From positions 706 through 64,705 of the forward strand of contig WIAG01000012.1 in NCBI GenBank assembly GCA_014055495.1: a stretch of DNA of 64,000 nt, written 5' to 3'. Positions 29,834 through 38,810 of the stretch are shown piece by piece. Position 1 is the stretch's first letter. The number at the start of each line of letters is the position of its first letter. This DNA comes from Nitrospira sp. CR1.2 (GTDB lineage: Bacteria > Nitrospirota > Nitrospiria > Nitrospirales > Nitrospiraceae). Position numbers and translations under genes: made by a program. Under the pieces are notes generated by a model, which was not told the DNA's origin, did not search any database, and saw only the letters and a list, made by a program, of their open reading frames with translations.

Positions 29834-31305
29834 GCATTTCGCTTCAAGACCTCCTGGCGATCCTCCCCGAACTCATTGTCATCGGAGCCGCCTGTCTCGT
29901 GCTGGCCTTGGACCCCATTCTTGAGACAGCCAAGAAAGACCTGCTGGCCTGGCTGACCCTGGGCGCACTGGCCATGTGTATCGGCGTGACCTCTTCACAG
30001 ATGACCGGCCACACCTATGCCTTCAGCAACATGGTCATCCTCGATGCCTATGCGGCATTTTGGAAACTCCTTTTGTATCTCGTGACGGGTCTCACCGTCC
30101 TGCTCTCCCTCGCCTATTTGAAAGCCGAACGGCTGCGTATCGGCGAGTATTACGGCTTCATCCTGCTGGCGCTGGCGGGCATGATGGTCATGGTCTCCGG
30201 AGCCGACCTGCTCACGATCTACCTCGGGACGGAATTGATGTCTCTCTCGCTCTATGTCATGGCCGGCCTCAAACGGACGGAAGCCCGTTCACTGGAAGCG
30301 AGTGCCAAGTACTTTGTGCTGGGCGCCTTTTCTTCGGGAATCTTGTTGTACGGCATTTCCCTGCTGTACGGTCTGGCCGGGAGCACCAGTCTCTCGGTGA
30401 TCGCCGAAGCCATCACGATGCAGGGCACGAGCAATCCGATCTTATCCCTGGCCCTGGTCCTGCTGGCCGTCGGATTTGGATTTAAATTGGCCGTCGTCCC
30501 CTTCCACATGTGGACGCCGGATGTGTACCAGGGTTCGCCGACCTCCGTCACCGCCTTTATGGCCGTGGCATCGAAAGCCGCCAGCTTCGGCGCCTTCCTC
30601 CGGGTCTTCGTGGAGGGATTGGGAGCGGCCAGCGCCGACTGGTCGGTCCTGTTCACCATCATCTGCCTGGCCACCCTGGCACTGGGCAATCTCGTGGCGA
30701 TCGTCCAAACCAGCATCAAACGCATGCTCGCCTATTCCAGTATCGCCCATGCCGGATATGCGCTCATCGGAGTGGTGGTAGCGGGGGGGCATCGCGGCGA
30801 CGGGGCCGGCGGCGGATTCGCCAGCGTCCTGCTCTATATTGCCATCTATTCATTCATGACGCTGGGCGCCTTTGCGCTGATCGGCATGTTGCGCAAGGAA
30901 GGCCAGGAGAGCGAGAACATCGAAGATTACGCGGGCCTGGCCAAACGGGAGCCACTCGCGGCGTTTTTCATGCTGGTGTTCCTGGTGTCGTTAGCCGGTA
31001 TTCCCCCGACCGCAGGCTTCATCGGCAAGTTCTACATTTTCATGGCCGCCGTGAACGGCGGCATGACCTGGTTGGCGGTCGTAGCCGTCGTGTTCGCCGC
31101 GATTTCAGCCTTCTATTACCTGCGGATCGTGATGGTCATGTACATGCGCGAGCCTGAGGGAACCGTCGCCTCTCAATCCAGGCTGGAGACCTCTCCGGCA
31201 TTGTCGTTTGTCCTGGCCTGCGCCCTCGCGGGCGTCGTCTTGCTCGGTCTGTTCCCGAACGGCCTCTGGTCGCTGGCCACCCATGCGGCGCCGCTGCTCA
31301 AATAG
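29830..31305 (+). CDS. nuoN: NADH-quinone oxidoreductase subunit N
   Basis: ATGA overlap with nuoM. GFKLAVVPFHMWTPDVYQGSPTSVTAFMAVASKAA. Confidence 0.95.
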   Translation: MSISLQDLLAILPELIVIGAACLVLALDPILETAKKDLLAWLTLGALAMCIGVTSSQMTGHTYAFSNMVILDAYAAFWKLLLYLVTGLTVLLSLAYLKAERLRIGEYYGFILLALAGMMVMVSGADLLTIYLGTELMSLSLYVMAGLKRTEARSLEASAKYFVLGAFSSGILLYGISLLYGLAGSTSLSVIAEAITMQGTSNPILSLALVLLAVGFGFKLAVVPFHMWTPDVYQGSPTSVTAFMAVASKAASFGAFLRVFVEGLGAASADWSVLFTIICLATLALGNLVAIVQTSIKRMLAYSSIAHAGYALIGVVVAGGHRGDGAGGGFASVLLYIAIYSFMTLGAFALIGMLRKEGQESENIEDYAGLAKREPLAAFFMLVFLVSLAGIPPTAGFIGKFYIFMAAVNGGMTWLAVVAVVFAAISAFYYLRIVMVMYMREPEGTVASQSRLETSPALSFVLACALAGVVLLGLFPNGLWSLATHAAPLLK

Positions 31306-31442
31306 CGGTTTGCGCTGGGGATATCATTTCACAGACAGCCACGACCCCCCGCGACGTCGGTGGATCCATCTGTCTGCATCACCTCCTGCAACCATCCTGA
31401 TGGCTCAGTGGTCCGCACCGAGCCTGAGTCGCGCGGGCCCGC

Positions 31443-32294
31443 ATGAGTGAACTCACCTTTCTCTCCAACGTGTTCGATACGTTTCGACGGCGAGGCTGTC
31501 CCAGCCTGGCGGCTTCGTTGGCATTCTACTCGATTCTCTCCCTCTTCCCGATGGTGTTCCTGCTGCTGTACGGCATCAGCTTCATCGTCAGCCAGGATGT
31601 CATCGGCTATCAGTTTCTGCTCGGCTTTCTGAAAGGCTTTCTTCCCAGCGTGGGCGAACGGCTGGCCAAGGATATCCGGCGGGTGGCCGAACAGGAGGAA
31701 GTGCGCTGGGCCGTTTTTCTGGCATTCGGCTGGTTCAGCGCCTTGGTGTTCTACGAACTGGACTACGCCATGAACACCGTCTTCGGCACCGCCGCCAAAC
31801 GGCACCCGCTCATCTCGACACTGGTCGCCGTGGCCCTGGTCTGGATGCTGGGAATCCTCACCCTCATATCCTTCGTGGCCACCCAGGCCATCGAACTGCT
31901 GACGGCCTATGCGCCCCACTTCCTGGGCATTAACCTGGTGGCGATCGCCGCCCATGACTTCCTTCTCACTTATTCGCTGCCGTTTCTGCTGGCCTTCGCC
32001 TCGGTGACCTGCCTCTATCGATTCCTTCCGCACCAGCGACCGACCTGGCGAGAAGCGACGATCGGCGGCGCCGTGTTCAGCCTCTTGTGGGTCTCCGCCA
32101 AGGCGCTCTTCGTGACGTATCTGGAAGACGCCGCCGTCTACACACAACTATACGGATCACTGCTGGAAGTGGTGCTGCTCTTGCTCTGGGTTTACTATTC
32201 TTCGGCCCTGGTTCTGCTGGGGGCCGTAGTCACCCATGAATGCCAGTGCCGACGCCCGAGCAGACTGGACGGGACAGCCTCGCTCCCCGGCTAG
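31443..32294 (+). CDS. YihY/BrkB (RNase BN-like) family inner-membrane protein
   Basis: SLAASLAFYSILSLFPMVFLLL...YGSLLEVVLLLLWVYYSSALVLLGAV, polytopic. Confidence 0.8.
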   Translation: MSELTFLSNVFDTFRRRGCPSLAASLAFYSILSLFPMVFLLLYGISFIVSQDVIGYQFLLGFLKGFLPSVGERLAKDIRRVAEQEEVRWAVFLAFGWFSALVFYELDYAMNTVFGTAAKRHPLISTLVAVALVWMLGILTLISFVATQAIELLTAYAPHFLGINLVAIAAHDFLLTYSLPFLLAFASVTCLYRFLPHQRPTWREATIGGAVFSLLWVSAKALFVTYLEDAAVYTQLYGSLLEVVLLLLWVYYSSALVLLGAVVTHECQCRRPSRLDGTASLPG

Positions 32295-32302
32295 GAGTCT
32301 GT

Positions 32303-32341
32303 CCGAGTCATGCCGTTCTGCTGCGACGAAGGATGACTCGG
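32303..32341 (+). terminator. stem-loop 9 nt after yihY-like stop (possible terminator, no U-tract)
   Basis: CCGAGTCAT (32303-32311) pairs with ATGACTCGG (32333-32341), with a 21-nt loop. Confidence 0.25.
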
Positions 32342-32520
32342 GCAGGCTCCTAGCCTGTGGGCCACGGCCGGCAGGCGTACGGCAAGCCGTCGCATCCGGA
32401 GCACAACGTTCACGGGAAGAGCTGCCGGAGAGGAGGCAGCGGGTTAGCAGGCTGCGGAAAATCTCGATGGTTGAGCAACACGCGACCATTCACTCCTGTA
32501 CCGCATTGGTCTAGCACTCA

Positions 32521-32680
32521 TCCGCAGGATGCGCAAAAAGGCCGTCCTCATAGTCCGTCGTTCGTGAAGCGTCGTTCGTCTCTCGTAACGGCCCGGATAC
32601 GGAACCTGACGAGATACGCTTCACGATTCACACTTCACGGATGTCGAGCACGCCGCTGGCGGACTTTTTCTGCATCCTGT
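32521..32680. repeat. ~160-nt imperfect palindromic element containing repeat family 1 modules, between convergent genes
   Basis: Outer arms CAGGATGCGCAAAAAG (left) and CTTTTTCTGCATCCTG (right). Inner arms CGTCGTTCGTGAAGCGTCGTTCGTCTCTCG and GAGATACGCTTCACGATTCACACTTCACGG. Confidence 0.6.
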
Positions 32681-33852
32681 TAGGATGTGGAGGACATGCC
32701 GGACGGATGCCGCTGTTCGATGAAGTGCCCGATTGCCGCGCGAGTCACCAAACCCAGCAACTGCCCGTCCTGCACGACCACAAGACGTTCGGCCCCCAGC
32801 GCCAGCATCCGCTCCAACGCGTCCATGGCCGATAGATCCGGCGCCACAACCATCTCATCGTCGGATGTCTGCATGATATCGGCGACGCGGCGGAAGGCCC
32901 ATAACGAATTCCTGACGGCCTGCACGTCACGTACCCCGACCACGCCGACCAAGCGACCCTCCTGGACTACCGGGAATCCACCGTACCCGTACGGAAGGAA
33001 ATATTGATTCACCGCTTCCTCCACAGTGATGTCCGGCGAGAGGGCGACCACATTGGCGACCATCAGTTCGCATACCGGCACCGACGCGAGGGACGAACGG
33101 ATGGCGGCTTGTTTGCGGCTCCCTCGCGCAGCCGAAAACAGAAAGGCGCCCAACAACACAATCCATCCCCCACTGCTGGCCATGGAACTGGACGCGGTAC
33201 CGGACAGTCCACCGACGAGCAACAGCGCACCGAAGAGCCCAAAGCTCACGCCGAACAGCAAGCCCACCAATGCCGCCTGGCTCGTCGCACGATAGTAATC
33301 TTTGCCCCAGGCCCACAAACCGGCCCGCAACGCGCGTCCACCATCCAACGGGAAACCCGGCAGCAGATTAAACAGGCCCAGCTGCGTATTGACCATCCCT
33401 AGCAACGTGCCCAGGGCCGCAAGCCCGTGCATGGAGACCCCAGCCGGGATCCACTCCAGAAGCGTCACCAACCCGAGACAGAGCCCCGCCAAGAGGAAGC
33501 TGACCACCGGCCCGGCGATGGCGATGAGGAATTCGGCCCGAGGATGCGGCGGCTCTTTCCGCATCTGAGCCACCCCGCCGAAAATGAACAGCGTAATCTG
33601 ACTGATCGGAATGCGATACCGCAGCGCCACCAGCGAATGGCCGAGTTCATGCAACAGGACGGAGGCAAACAACAACAACGCCGCCACACCGCCCATCGCC
33701 CAATATCGCGGATCGGACAGACCGGGCAAGACCTCAGGTAGATAGCCGGTCGCCAACGACCAGGTGACAAAGAAAAACACCAAGAGCCACGAGGCATGCA
33801 CATGGATGGGAATGCCGAAGACATGCCCGATTTTCCAGTCCGGTCCCTGCAT
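32680..33852 (-). CDS. site-2 protease family (peptidase M50) with C-terminal CBS pair
   Basis: HELGHSLVA zinc motif and NLLPGFPLDGGR second motif, polytopic, followed by a CBS-like tandem (VVALSPDITVEEAV..., VVAPDLSAMDALERM...). Confidence 0.85.
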   Translation of the reverse strand: MQGPDWKIGHVFGIPIHVHASWLLVFFFVTWSLATGYLPEVLPGLSDPRYWAMGGVAALLLFASVLLHELGHSLVALRYRIPISQITLFIFGGVAQMRKEPPHPRAEFLIAIAGPVVSFLLAGLCLGLVTLLEWIPAGVSMHGLAALGTLLGMVNTQLGLFNLLPGFPLDGGRALRAGLWAWGKDYYRATSQAALVGLLFGVSFGLFGALLLVGGLSGTASSSMASSGGWIVLLGAFLFSAARGSRKQAAIRSSLASVPVCELMVANVVALSPDITVEEAVNQYFLPYGYGGFPVVQEGRLVGVVGVRDVQAVRNSLWAFRRVADIMQTSDDEMVVAPDLSAMDALERMLALGAERLVVVQDGQLLGLVTRAAIGHFIEQRHPSGMSSTS

Positions 33853-33924
33853 GGCATCACCGTATCAGCCACCCAAAGGAAGCGTCAACTATCGCGCAGA
33901 TTTGTCATCGGGTATACTGCGCCC

Positions 33925-34647
33925 ATGCAAAGATACGCGTGGGCAATCGGATGGTGGGCGATAGTCGGACTCGCCTGTGGCCTGCACATCGGCGAAGCAC
34001 AGGCTCAGGTCATCAAAACGGGCCCGAATTCATGCCCCGCCGTGGCGCTGACCTACGATCTCTGTCCGGTGCGCACGGCCTCGGGGTTCGATCGCGAGCT
34101 GATCGATTTCCTCATCGAACACAACGTACCGGCGACCTTTTTCATGTCCGGTCGCTGGATGGCCAAACACGATGCCGAGGTGAAACAACTCCTGGCTGTT
34201 CCTTTTTTCGAGATCGGCACCCACGGCGAGGTCCATGCGCACCTGCCGATGCATGAGCTGGAGGAGCAGCAGGAGGAAATCATGGGGCCGGTGCGCCTCC
34301 TCAAGAAGAAATACGGCCGACCGACCATCCTGTTTCGACCGCCGTACGGGGAGTATAACGACGTGACCGTGGAGGCCGTGAAGGCGCTCGGCTTACGATT
34401 CATCTTGTGGAACCTCGAGTCCGGCGACCCCGACCCAACACTCAGCGCCGACGCAATCCTCTCGCGTGTGCACAAACGGCTGAAGCCTGGCAGCGTGATC
34501 GTGCTACATGCCAACGGGAAGGGCAAACACACCCGGGAAGTGACGGAGGCCCTGACCGAACAGCTGCTGGGCGAGAAGGGCCTGCGGGCCATGACCGTCT
34601 CGGATCTCCTGCGATGCAACCAATCGACGATCGACCCGACACGCTGA
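33925..34647 (+). CDS. polysaccharide deacetylase (NodB-homology) family protein, secreted
   Basis: Signal peptide MQRYAWAIGWWAIVGLACGLHIGEAQA. VALTYDLCP, ATFFMSGRW, EIGTHGEVHAHL, RPPYGEYN. The track start 33796 overlaps the divergent gene. Confidence 0.8.
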   Translation: MQRYAWAIGWWAIVGLACGLHIGEAQAQVIKTGPNSCPAVALTYDLCPVRTASGFDRELIDFLIEHNVPATFFMSGRWMAKHDAEVKQLLAVPFFEIGTHGEVHAHLPMHELEEQQEEIMGPVRLLKKKYGRPTILFRPPYGEYNDVTVEAVKALGLRFILWNLESGDPDPTLSADAILSRVHKRLKPGSVIVLHANGKGKHTREVTEALTEQLLGEKGLRAMTVSDLLRCNQSTIDPTR

Positions 34648-35105
34648 TTCGCGAGATGCAGCCGGAGGACCGCGACGCGGTGATCGGCATCCTGGCTCAC
34701 TCCGATCCCTGGAAACGGCTCGGTTTTGCCGCCGCCGACTGGGAACGCATTTTTACGCCGATCCCCATGGGGCGGGACACGTTTGTCCTGGACGTGAGGG
34801 GAACGGTCCTCGGCATCGCCATCGTGCGCAGGAAATTCCTCTTCGGCGACTATTTGGAATTACTGGGCATCTCGCCGGACGTGACCGGCCGTGGCCTGGG
34901 CACGCGTCTCTTGTCCCATGTTGAATCGCACACCTTCGCGCGAGCACACAATCTGTTCGCCTGCGTATCGGATTTCAACGACGCCGCCCGTGCCTTCTAT
35001 CGCAAACAGGGTTACAAGGAAATCGGGCCTATGCCGAATTTTCTGATTCCCGGATACGCCGAAATTTTACTGCGGAAGACAAGCGGCCCGGCGAGGAAGG
35101 ACTAA
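34614..35105 (+). CDS. GNAT family N-acetyltransferase
   Basis: IREMQPEDRDAVIGIL..., motif A LLGISPDVTGRGLGTRLLSHV, AARAFYRKQGYKE. The start is uncertain (34614 or 34656). Confidence 0.75.
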   Translation: MQPIDDRPDTLIREMQPEDRDAVIGILAHSDPWKRLGFAAADWERIFTPIPMGRDTFVLDVRGTVLGIAIVRRKFLFGDYLELLGISPDVTGRGLGTRLLSHVESHTFARAHNLFACVSDFNDAARAFYRKQGYKEIGPMPNFLIPGYAEILLRKTSGPARKD

Positions 35106-35194
35106 CGGCCAAGTGCCTAAGGAAAGGGGCCCTAGCAGCATTCTCATTTCTTCTCTTGCCATCAGCCCTACGCCATCTGCTATAAGCTCCTCCT

Positions 35195-35593
35195 ATGAAC
35201 GTCACCAAACTCCTCCACACCAGAATGCGCGTGAGCGATATGGAGCAGACCATCCGCTTCTACCGGGACATCCTGGGACTGGAGGTCCTGGAGCGCAAGG
35301 TCTCTCCTCGCGGCTCCCATCTGGCATTCCTGAAAGTCCCCAACAGCGAGGAACTCATCGAACTCTGCAGCTTTCCTGCGAGCGGACCGGTCAGGGTTCA
35401 GGAAGATCTTGTGCACCTCGCCTTTGAAGTAGACAATCTGGACGACACGATTCGGAGTTTACGCGCGAAACAGGTGGCGATCACCGACGGTCCCACAAAG
35501 ACCTCGTCCGGCAGCCGGTTCATCTTCATCGACGCGCCCGATGGGTACGAGGTCGAACTCATTGAACGGCCACCCGGCACGGCGCTGGTGTAA
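35195..35593 (+). CDS. VOC family protein / glyoxalase I-like
   Basis: LLHTRMRVSDMEQTIRFYRDILGLEVLERK...HLAFEVDNLDDTI...FIDAPDGYEVELIE. Confidence 0.8.
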   Translation: MNVTKLLHTRMRVSDMEQTIRFYRDILGLEVLERKVSPRGSHLAFLKVPNSEELIELCSFPASGPVRVQEDLVHLAFEVDNLDDTIRSLRAKQVAITDGPTKTSSGSRFIFIDAPDGYEVELIERPPGTALV

Positions 35594-35597
35594 GGCG

Positions 35598-35757
35598 CAT
35601 CGTTCGTTCCCCGTGCAGCGTCGCTCGTGAAGGGTCGTTCGTCTCTCGCGAGGAAGACCTGTCGGAATTCAGATCGGCTTCGTCCTTTCTCCATTGACGA
35701 TTCCTGCCCAGCCACAGTATTGTTCCCCCGCTTCACGCTTCACGAACGACGAGAGAC
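35598..35757. repeat. intergenic repeat family 1, inverted-pair copy upstream of dapF-like gene
   Basis: Left CGTCGCTCGTGAAGGGTCGTTCGTCTCTCG (28/30 identical to 32557-32586). Right CGCTTCACGCTTCACGAACGACGAGAGACC, ending 15 nt before ATG 35773. Confidence 0.6.
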
Positions 35758-35772
35758 CAAAGGAGCCAATGC

Positions 35773-36642
35773 ATGAAAAACGGGTTTTTTCGCGGGCACG
35801 GACTCGGCAACGACTATGTGGTGATGGATCCCAAGGAGCTCAGCTTCACACTCACTCCCGGGAAAATCCGCGGCATCTGCGATCGCCACTGGGGCCTGGG
35901 CAGCGACGGCATCCTGGCCCTAGTCCCTTCCAAGAAGGCTGACTTCGGCCTGCGCATTTACAACCCGGACGGCAGCGAGGCCGAAAAGTCCGGCAACGGG
36001 CTGCGCATCTTTGCCCGCTACCTGCATGCAACCGGCAAGACCAAGAAGCGCGCGTTCACCGTCGAAACCAAGGGCGGCCTCGTGTCCATCGCACTGCATG
36101 TGGACCGCCATGGCGATGCCGCCGCCGCCACCGTCGAGATGGGCCAAGCCACGTTCCAACCGGCGGCTCTCCCCTGTACGCTGACCATGGACGAGTTGAT
36201 CCAAGCCCCGATCGAGGCCGCAGGCCGATCGCTTCGCTTCACCGGCGTCAGTGTCGGGAATCCCCATTGTGTGGTCTTCAAAAAGGCCGGCGAGTCCTGG
36301 ACCCGTGAGGACCTGCTCACCTTGGGCCCCGCGCTGGAAAACCACCCGCTGTTCCCGAAACGGACCAACGTGCAACTGGCCGTGCCCACCGGCCCCAAAG
36401 AAATATTCATTGTGATCTGGGAACGCGGCGCCGGCGAAACCCAGGCGTCCGGCTCCTCTTCCTGCGCCGCCGCCAGTGCCGCCGTGAAACTCGGCTTGGT
36501 GAAGAGCCCAGTCACGGTCAAGATGCCGGGTGGAACGCTCAACATCAAGGTGGCCGGAGATTTCGGCCTGACCATGAAGGGACCGGTGGAGGAGGTCGCC
36601 CGCGGCACTCTCAGTCCGTCATTCGTGCGAAGACTTCGCTAA
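35773..36642 (+). CDS. diaminopimelate epimerase homolog with both catalytic Cys replaced by Ser
   Basis: GHGLGNDYVVMD, RIYNPDGSEAEKSGNGLR, SVGNPHCVVF and WERGAGETQASGSSSCAA align with DapF (H. influenzae, recalled). Codons 73 (35989-35991) and 226 (36448-36450) are TCC (Ser) where DapF has Cys. Confidence 0.7.
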   Translation: MKNGFFRGHGLGNDYVVMDPKELSFTLTPGKIRGICDRHWGLGSDGILALVPSKKADFGLRIYNPDGSEAEKSGNGLRIFARYLHATGKTKKRAFTVETKGGLVSIALHVDRHGDAAAATVEMGQATFQPAALPCTLTMDELIQAPIEAAGRSLRFTGVSVGNPHCVVFKKAGESWTREDLLTLGPALENHPLFPKRTNVQLAVPTGPKEIFIVIWERGAGETQASGSSSCAAASAAVKLGLVKSPVTVKMPGGTLNIKVAGDFGLTMKGPVEEVARGTLSPSFVRRLR

Positions 36643-36766
36643 ACAGCGATCAACGATCGGCCATCAGCGTGCCCGCGACATTGCAGAGGGTTTGCAGCAG
36701 CCATTAGAATGACGTGCAACCTGGGTGGCACATGTCTTCTACCTGACGGCTGAACGCTGATCGCTT

Positions 36767-38581
36767 ATGGCTGATTTCCAGGACACCCTCCAATCCAAAC
36801 TCGACCATCTCCCCGACCAACCGGGTTGCTATCTCTTTCGCAACGCGAAAAAAGAGATTCTCTACGTGGGTAAAGCCGCCGTGCTGGCCGACCGCGTGCG
36901 GTCCTACTTCCAGAAAGGCAGCGAGCAGACACCCAAAACCAGCCTGCTGGTCAGCGAAATCGCCGATCTCGAAACCATTGTCACCCGCTCCGAGTTGGAG
37001 GCGCTGATTCTTGAAAGCAACCTGATCAAGCGCCACCGACCGCGCTTCAATATCGTCCTGCGCGATGACAAGCAATACCCCTATTTGCGCTTGCCGATCA
37101 AAGAAGCCTTTCCTCGACTCTCCATCGTTCGACGCGTACAAAAAGACGGGGCACTCTACTATGGCCCCTACACGCCGGCCGGAGCGCTTCGTGAAACCCT
37201 GAAAGTCATCCGCAAGGCGTTTCCACTCGCCACCTGTGACATCGAAATCGACGGCAAAGCCGATCGGGCCTGTCTCGAGTTTGAAATCAAACGCTGCATG
37301 GCCCCCTGCACCGGTAATCAGTCAAGGGACGACTACCACTTGATTGTCAAACAGGTACGTCAGTTTCTGGAGGGCCGCGACCGCGAACTGCTGGACGGCC
37401 TGCGGCAGACCATGGAAGCTGCGGCAGAACGCGAAGAATTCGAAGAGGCGGCCCGGATACGGGATCGACTGTTCAGCGTCGAGCGCACTTTGGAGAAACA
37501 ACGGATTACCCAGGTCAGCACGACCGACCAGGATGTGGTCGGACTAGCCCGCCAAGGCACCGCGGCAGATCTGCAGCTTCTCTTCGTGCGCGGCGGCTTA
37601 TTGATCGGCAGGAAAGATTTCTTCTGGCCCCAATCCGCCGACTCCAGCGATGAGGAACTCGTACGCTCCGCGATCGAACAGTTCTACAACAAGGAAGGGC
37701 AACCGCCCAAAGAACTGTTGGTGCCGACCGACCTCTCCGATGCGCCTCTGATCGAACAATGGTTGAGCGACACACGGGGCGATGCCGTTCGTCTCCTTGC
37801 TCCGGAGCGAGGCACGAAGCACCAACTGGTTTTGCTTGCGGAAGAAAACGCCGCGGCCGCCATTGCCGACCACCTCCGCAACGAGGCCCTGGACCGTCAG
37901 GCCACGGCTGAACTCAAACGCCTGCTTCGTCTCGACATCGCGCCCCGCCGCATCGAGGGCTTCGATATTTCCAACATCATGGGAAACCAGTCCGTCGCAT
38001 CGCTCGTAGTCTGGGAAGACGGGCACGCCAAGAAGGCCGACTATCGGAAATTTCGCATTCAGACGGTGGAGGGGGCCAACGATTTTGCCAGCATGCAGGA
38101 GGCCGTGACGCGGCGATACGGGACCACGGAAGAGCTCGCGAAGCCGGACCTCATCTTGATCGACGGCGGACTCGGCCAATTGAGCGCCGCCATCGAAGGC
38201 CTGAAACAGGTCGGGCAGGAGCAGATTCCGATCATCGGCCTCGCAAAGGCCCGTGGCGAGAAAGACGAGCGCATTTTTCTCCCGGGCCGAAAGAACCCGA
38301 TCCTGCTCCGCCCGACCTCTCCCGCCACTCACCTCGTGCAGCGAATCCGGGACGAAGCCCACCGGTTCGCGGTCACTTATCACCGCAATCTGCGGGGCAA
38401 AGCGCTGCTTTCTTCCGAACTCGACCAGATCGCGGGCATCGGCAAGATCCGGAGGAGGCGGCTTCTCAAGCAATTCGGCAGCCTGCAACAGGTCGCCGCG
38501 GCTACCGACGATCAGCTCAAGACCGCCGGGCTCGATCCGGCCACCATCGCCGCACTACGTACCGCCCTCACCTCCGCCTAA
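36767..38581 (+). CDS. uvrC: excinuclease ABC subunit C
   Basis: GIY-YIG N-terminus PGCYLFRNAKKEILYVGKA...LADRVRSYF, a UvrB-binding region, an endonuclease V-like domain and a C-terminal (HhH)2 IAGIGKIRRRRLLKQFGSLQQV. Confidence 0.97.
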   Translation: MADFQDTLQSKLDHLPDQPGCYLFRNAKKEILYVGKAAVLADRVRSYFQKGSEQTPKTSLLVSEIADLETIVTRSELEALILESNLIKRHRPRFNIVLRDDKQYPYLRLPIKEAFPRLSIVRRVQKDGALYYGPYTPAGALRETLKVIRKAFPLATCDIEIDGKADRACLEFEIKRCMAPCTGNQSRDDYHLIVKQVRQFLEGRDRELLDGLRQTMEAAAEREEFEEAARIRDRLFSVERTLEKQRITQVSTTDQDVVGLARQGTAADLQLLFVRGGLLIGRKDFFWPQSADSSDEELVRSAIEQFYNKEGQPPKELLVPTDLSDAPLIEQWLSDTRGDAVRLLAPERGTKHQLVLLAEENAAAAIADHLRNEALDRQATAELKRLLRLDIAPRRIEGFDISNIMGNQSVASLVVWEDGHAKKADYRKFRIQTVEGANDFASMQEAVTRRYGTTEELAKPDLILIDGGLGQLSAAIEGLKQVGQEQIPIIGLAKARGEKDERIFLPGRKNPILLRPTSPATHLVQRIRDEAHRFAVTYHRNLRGKALLSSELDQIAGIGKIRRRRLLKQFGSLQQVAAATDDQLKTAGLDPATIAALRTALTSA

Positions 38582-38810
38582 CGCATGCACGGCCCCGCTC
38601 TCTGTATACGGTTCGATACACCCGTATCCGAATGGGTACGCCGGCGAGGCTCGATCACCGATGTACCGATTTGAGGCATGCTGATTTTTCTCCTTGCACG
38701 ACCGGCGTTACATCGCTAGGCTGTGGCCTCGACGCTCCCTACGTATCAGGTACGTAGATTGCCTCTCTCGACAATAGATCCGATTTTCATGCTTACCAGG
38801 AGGCATCCCG

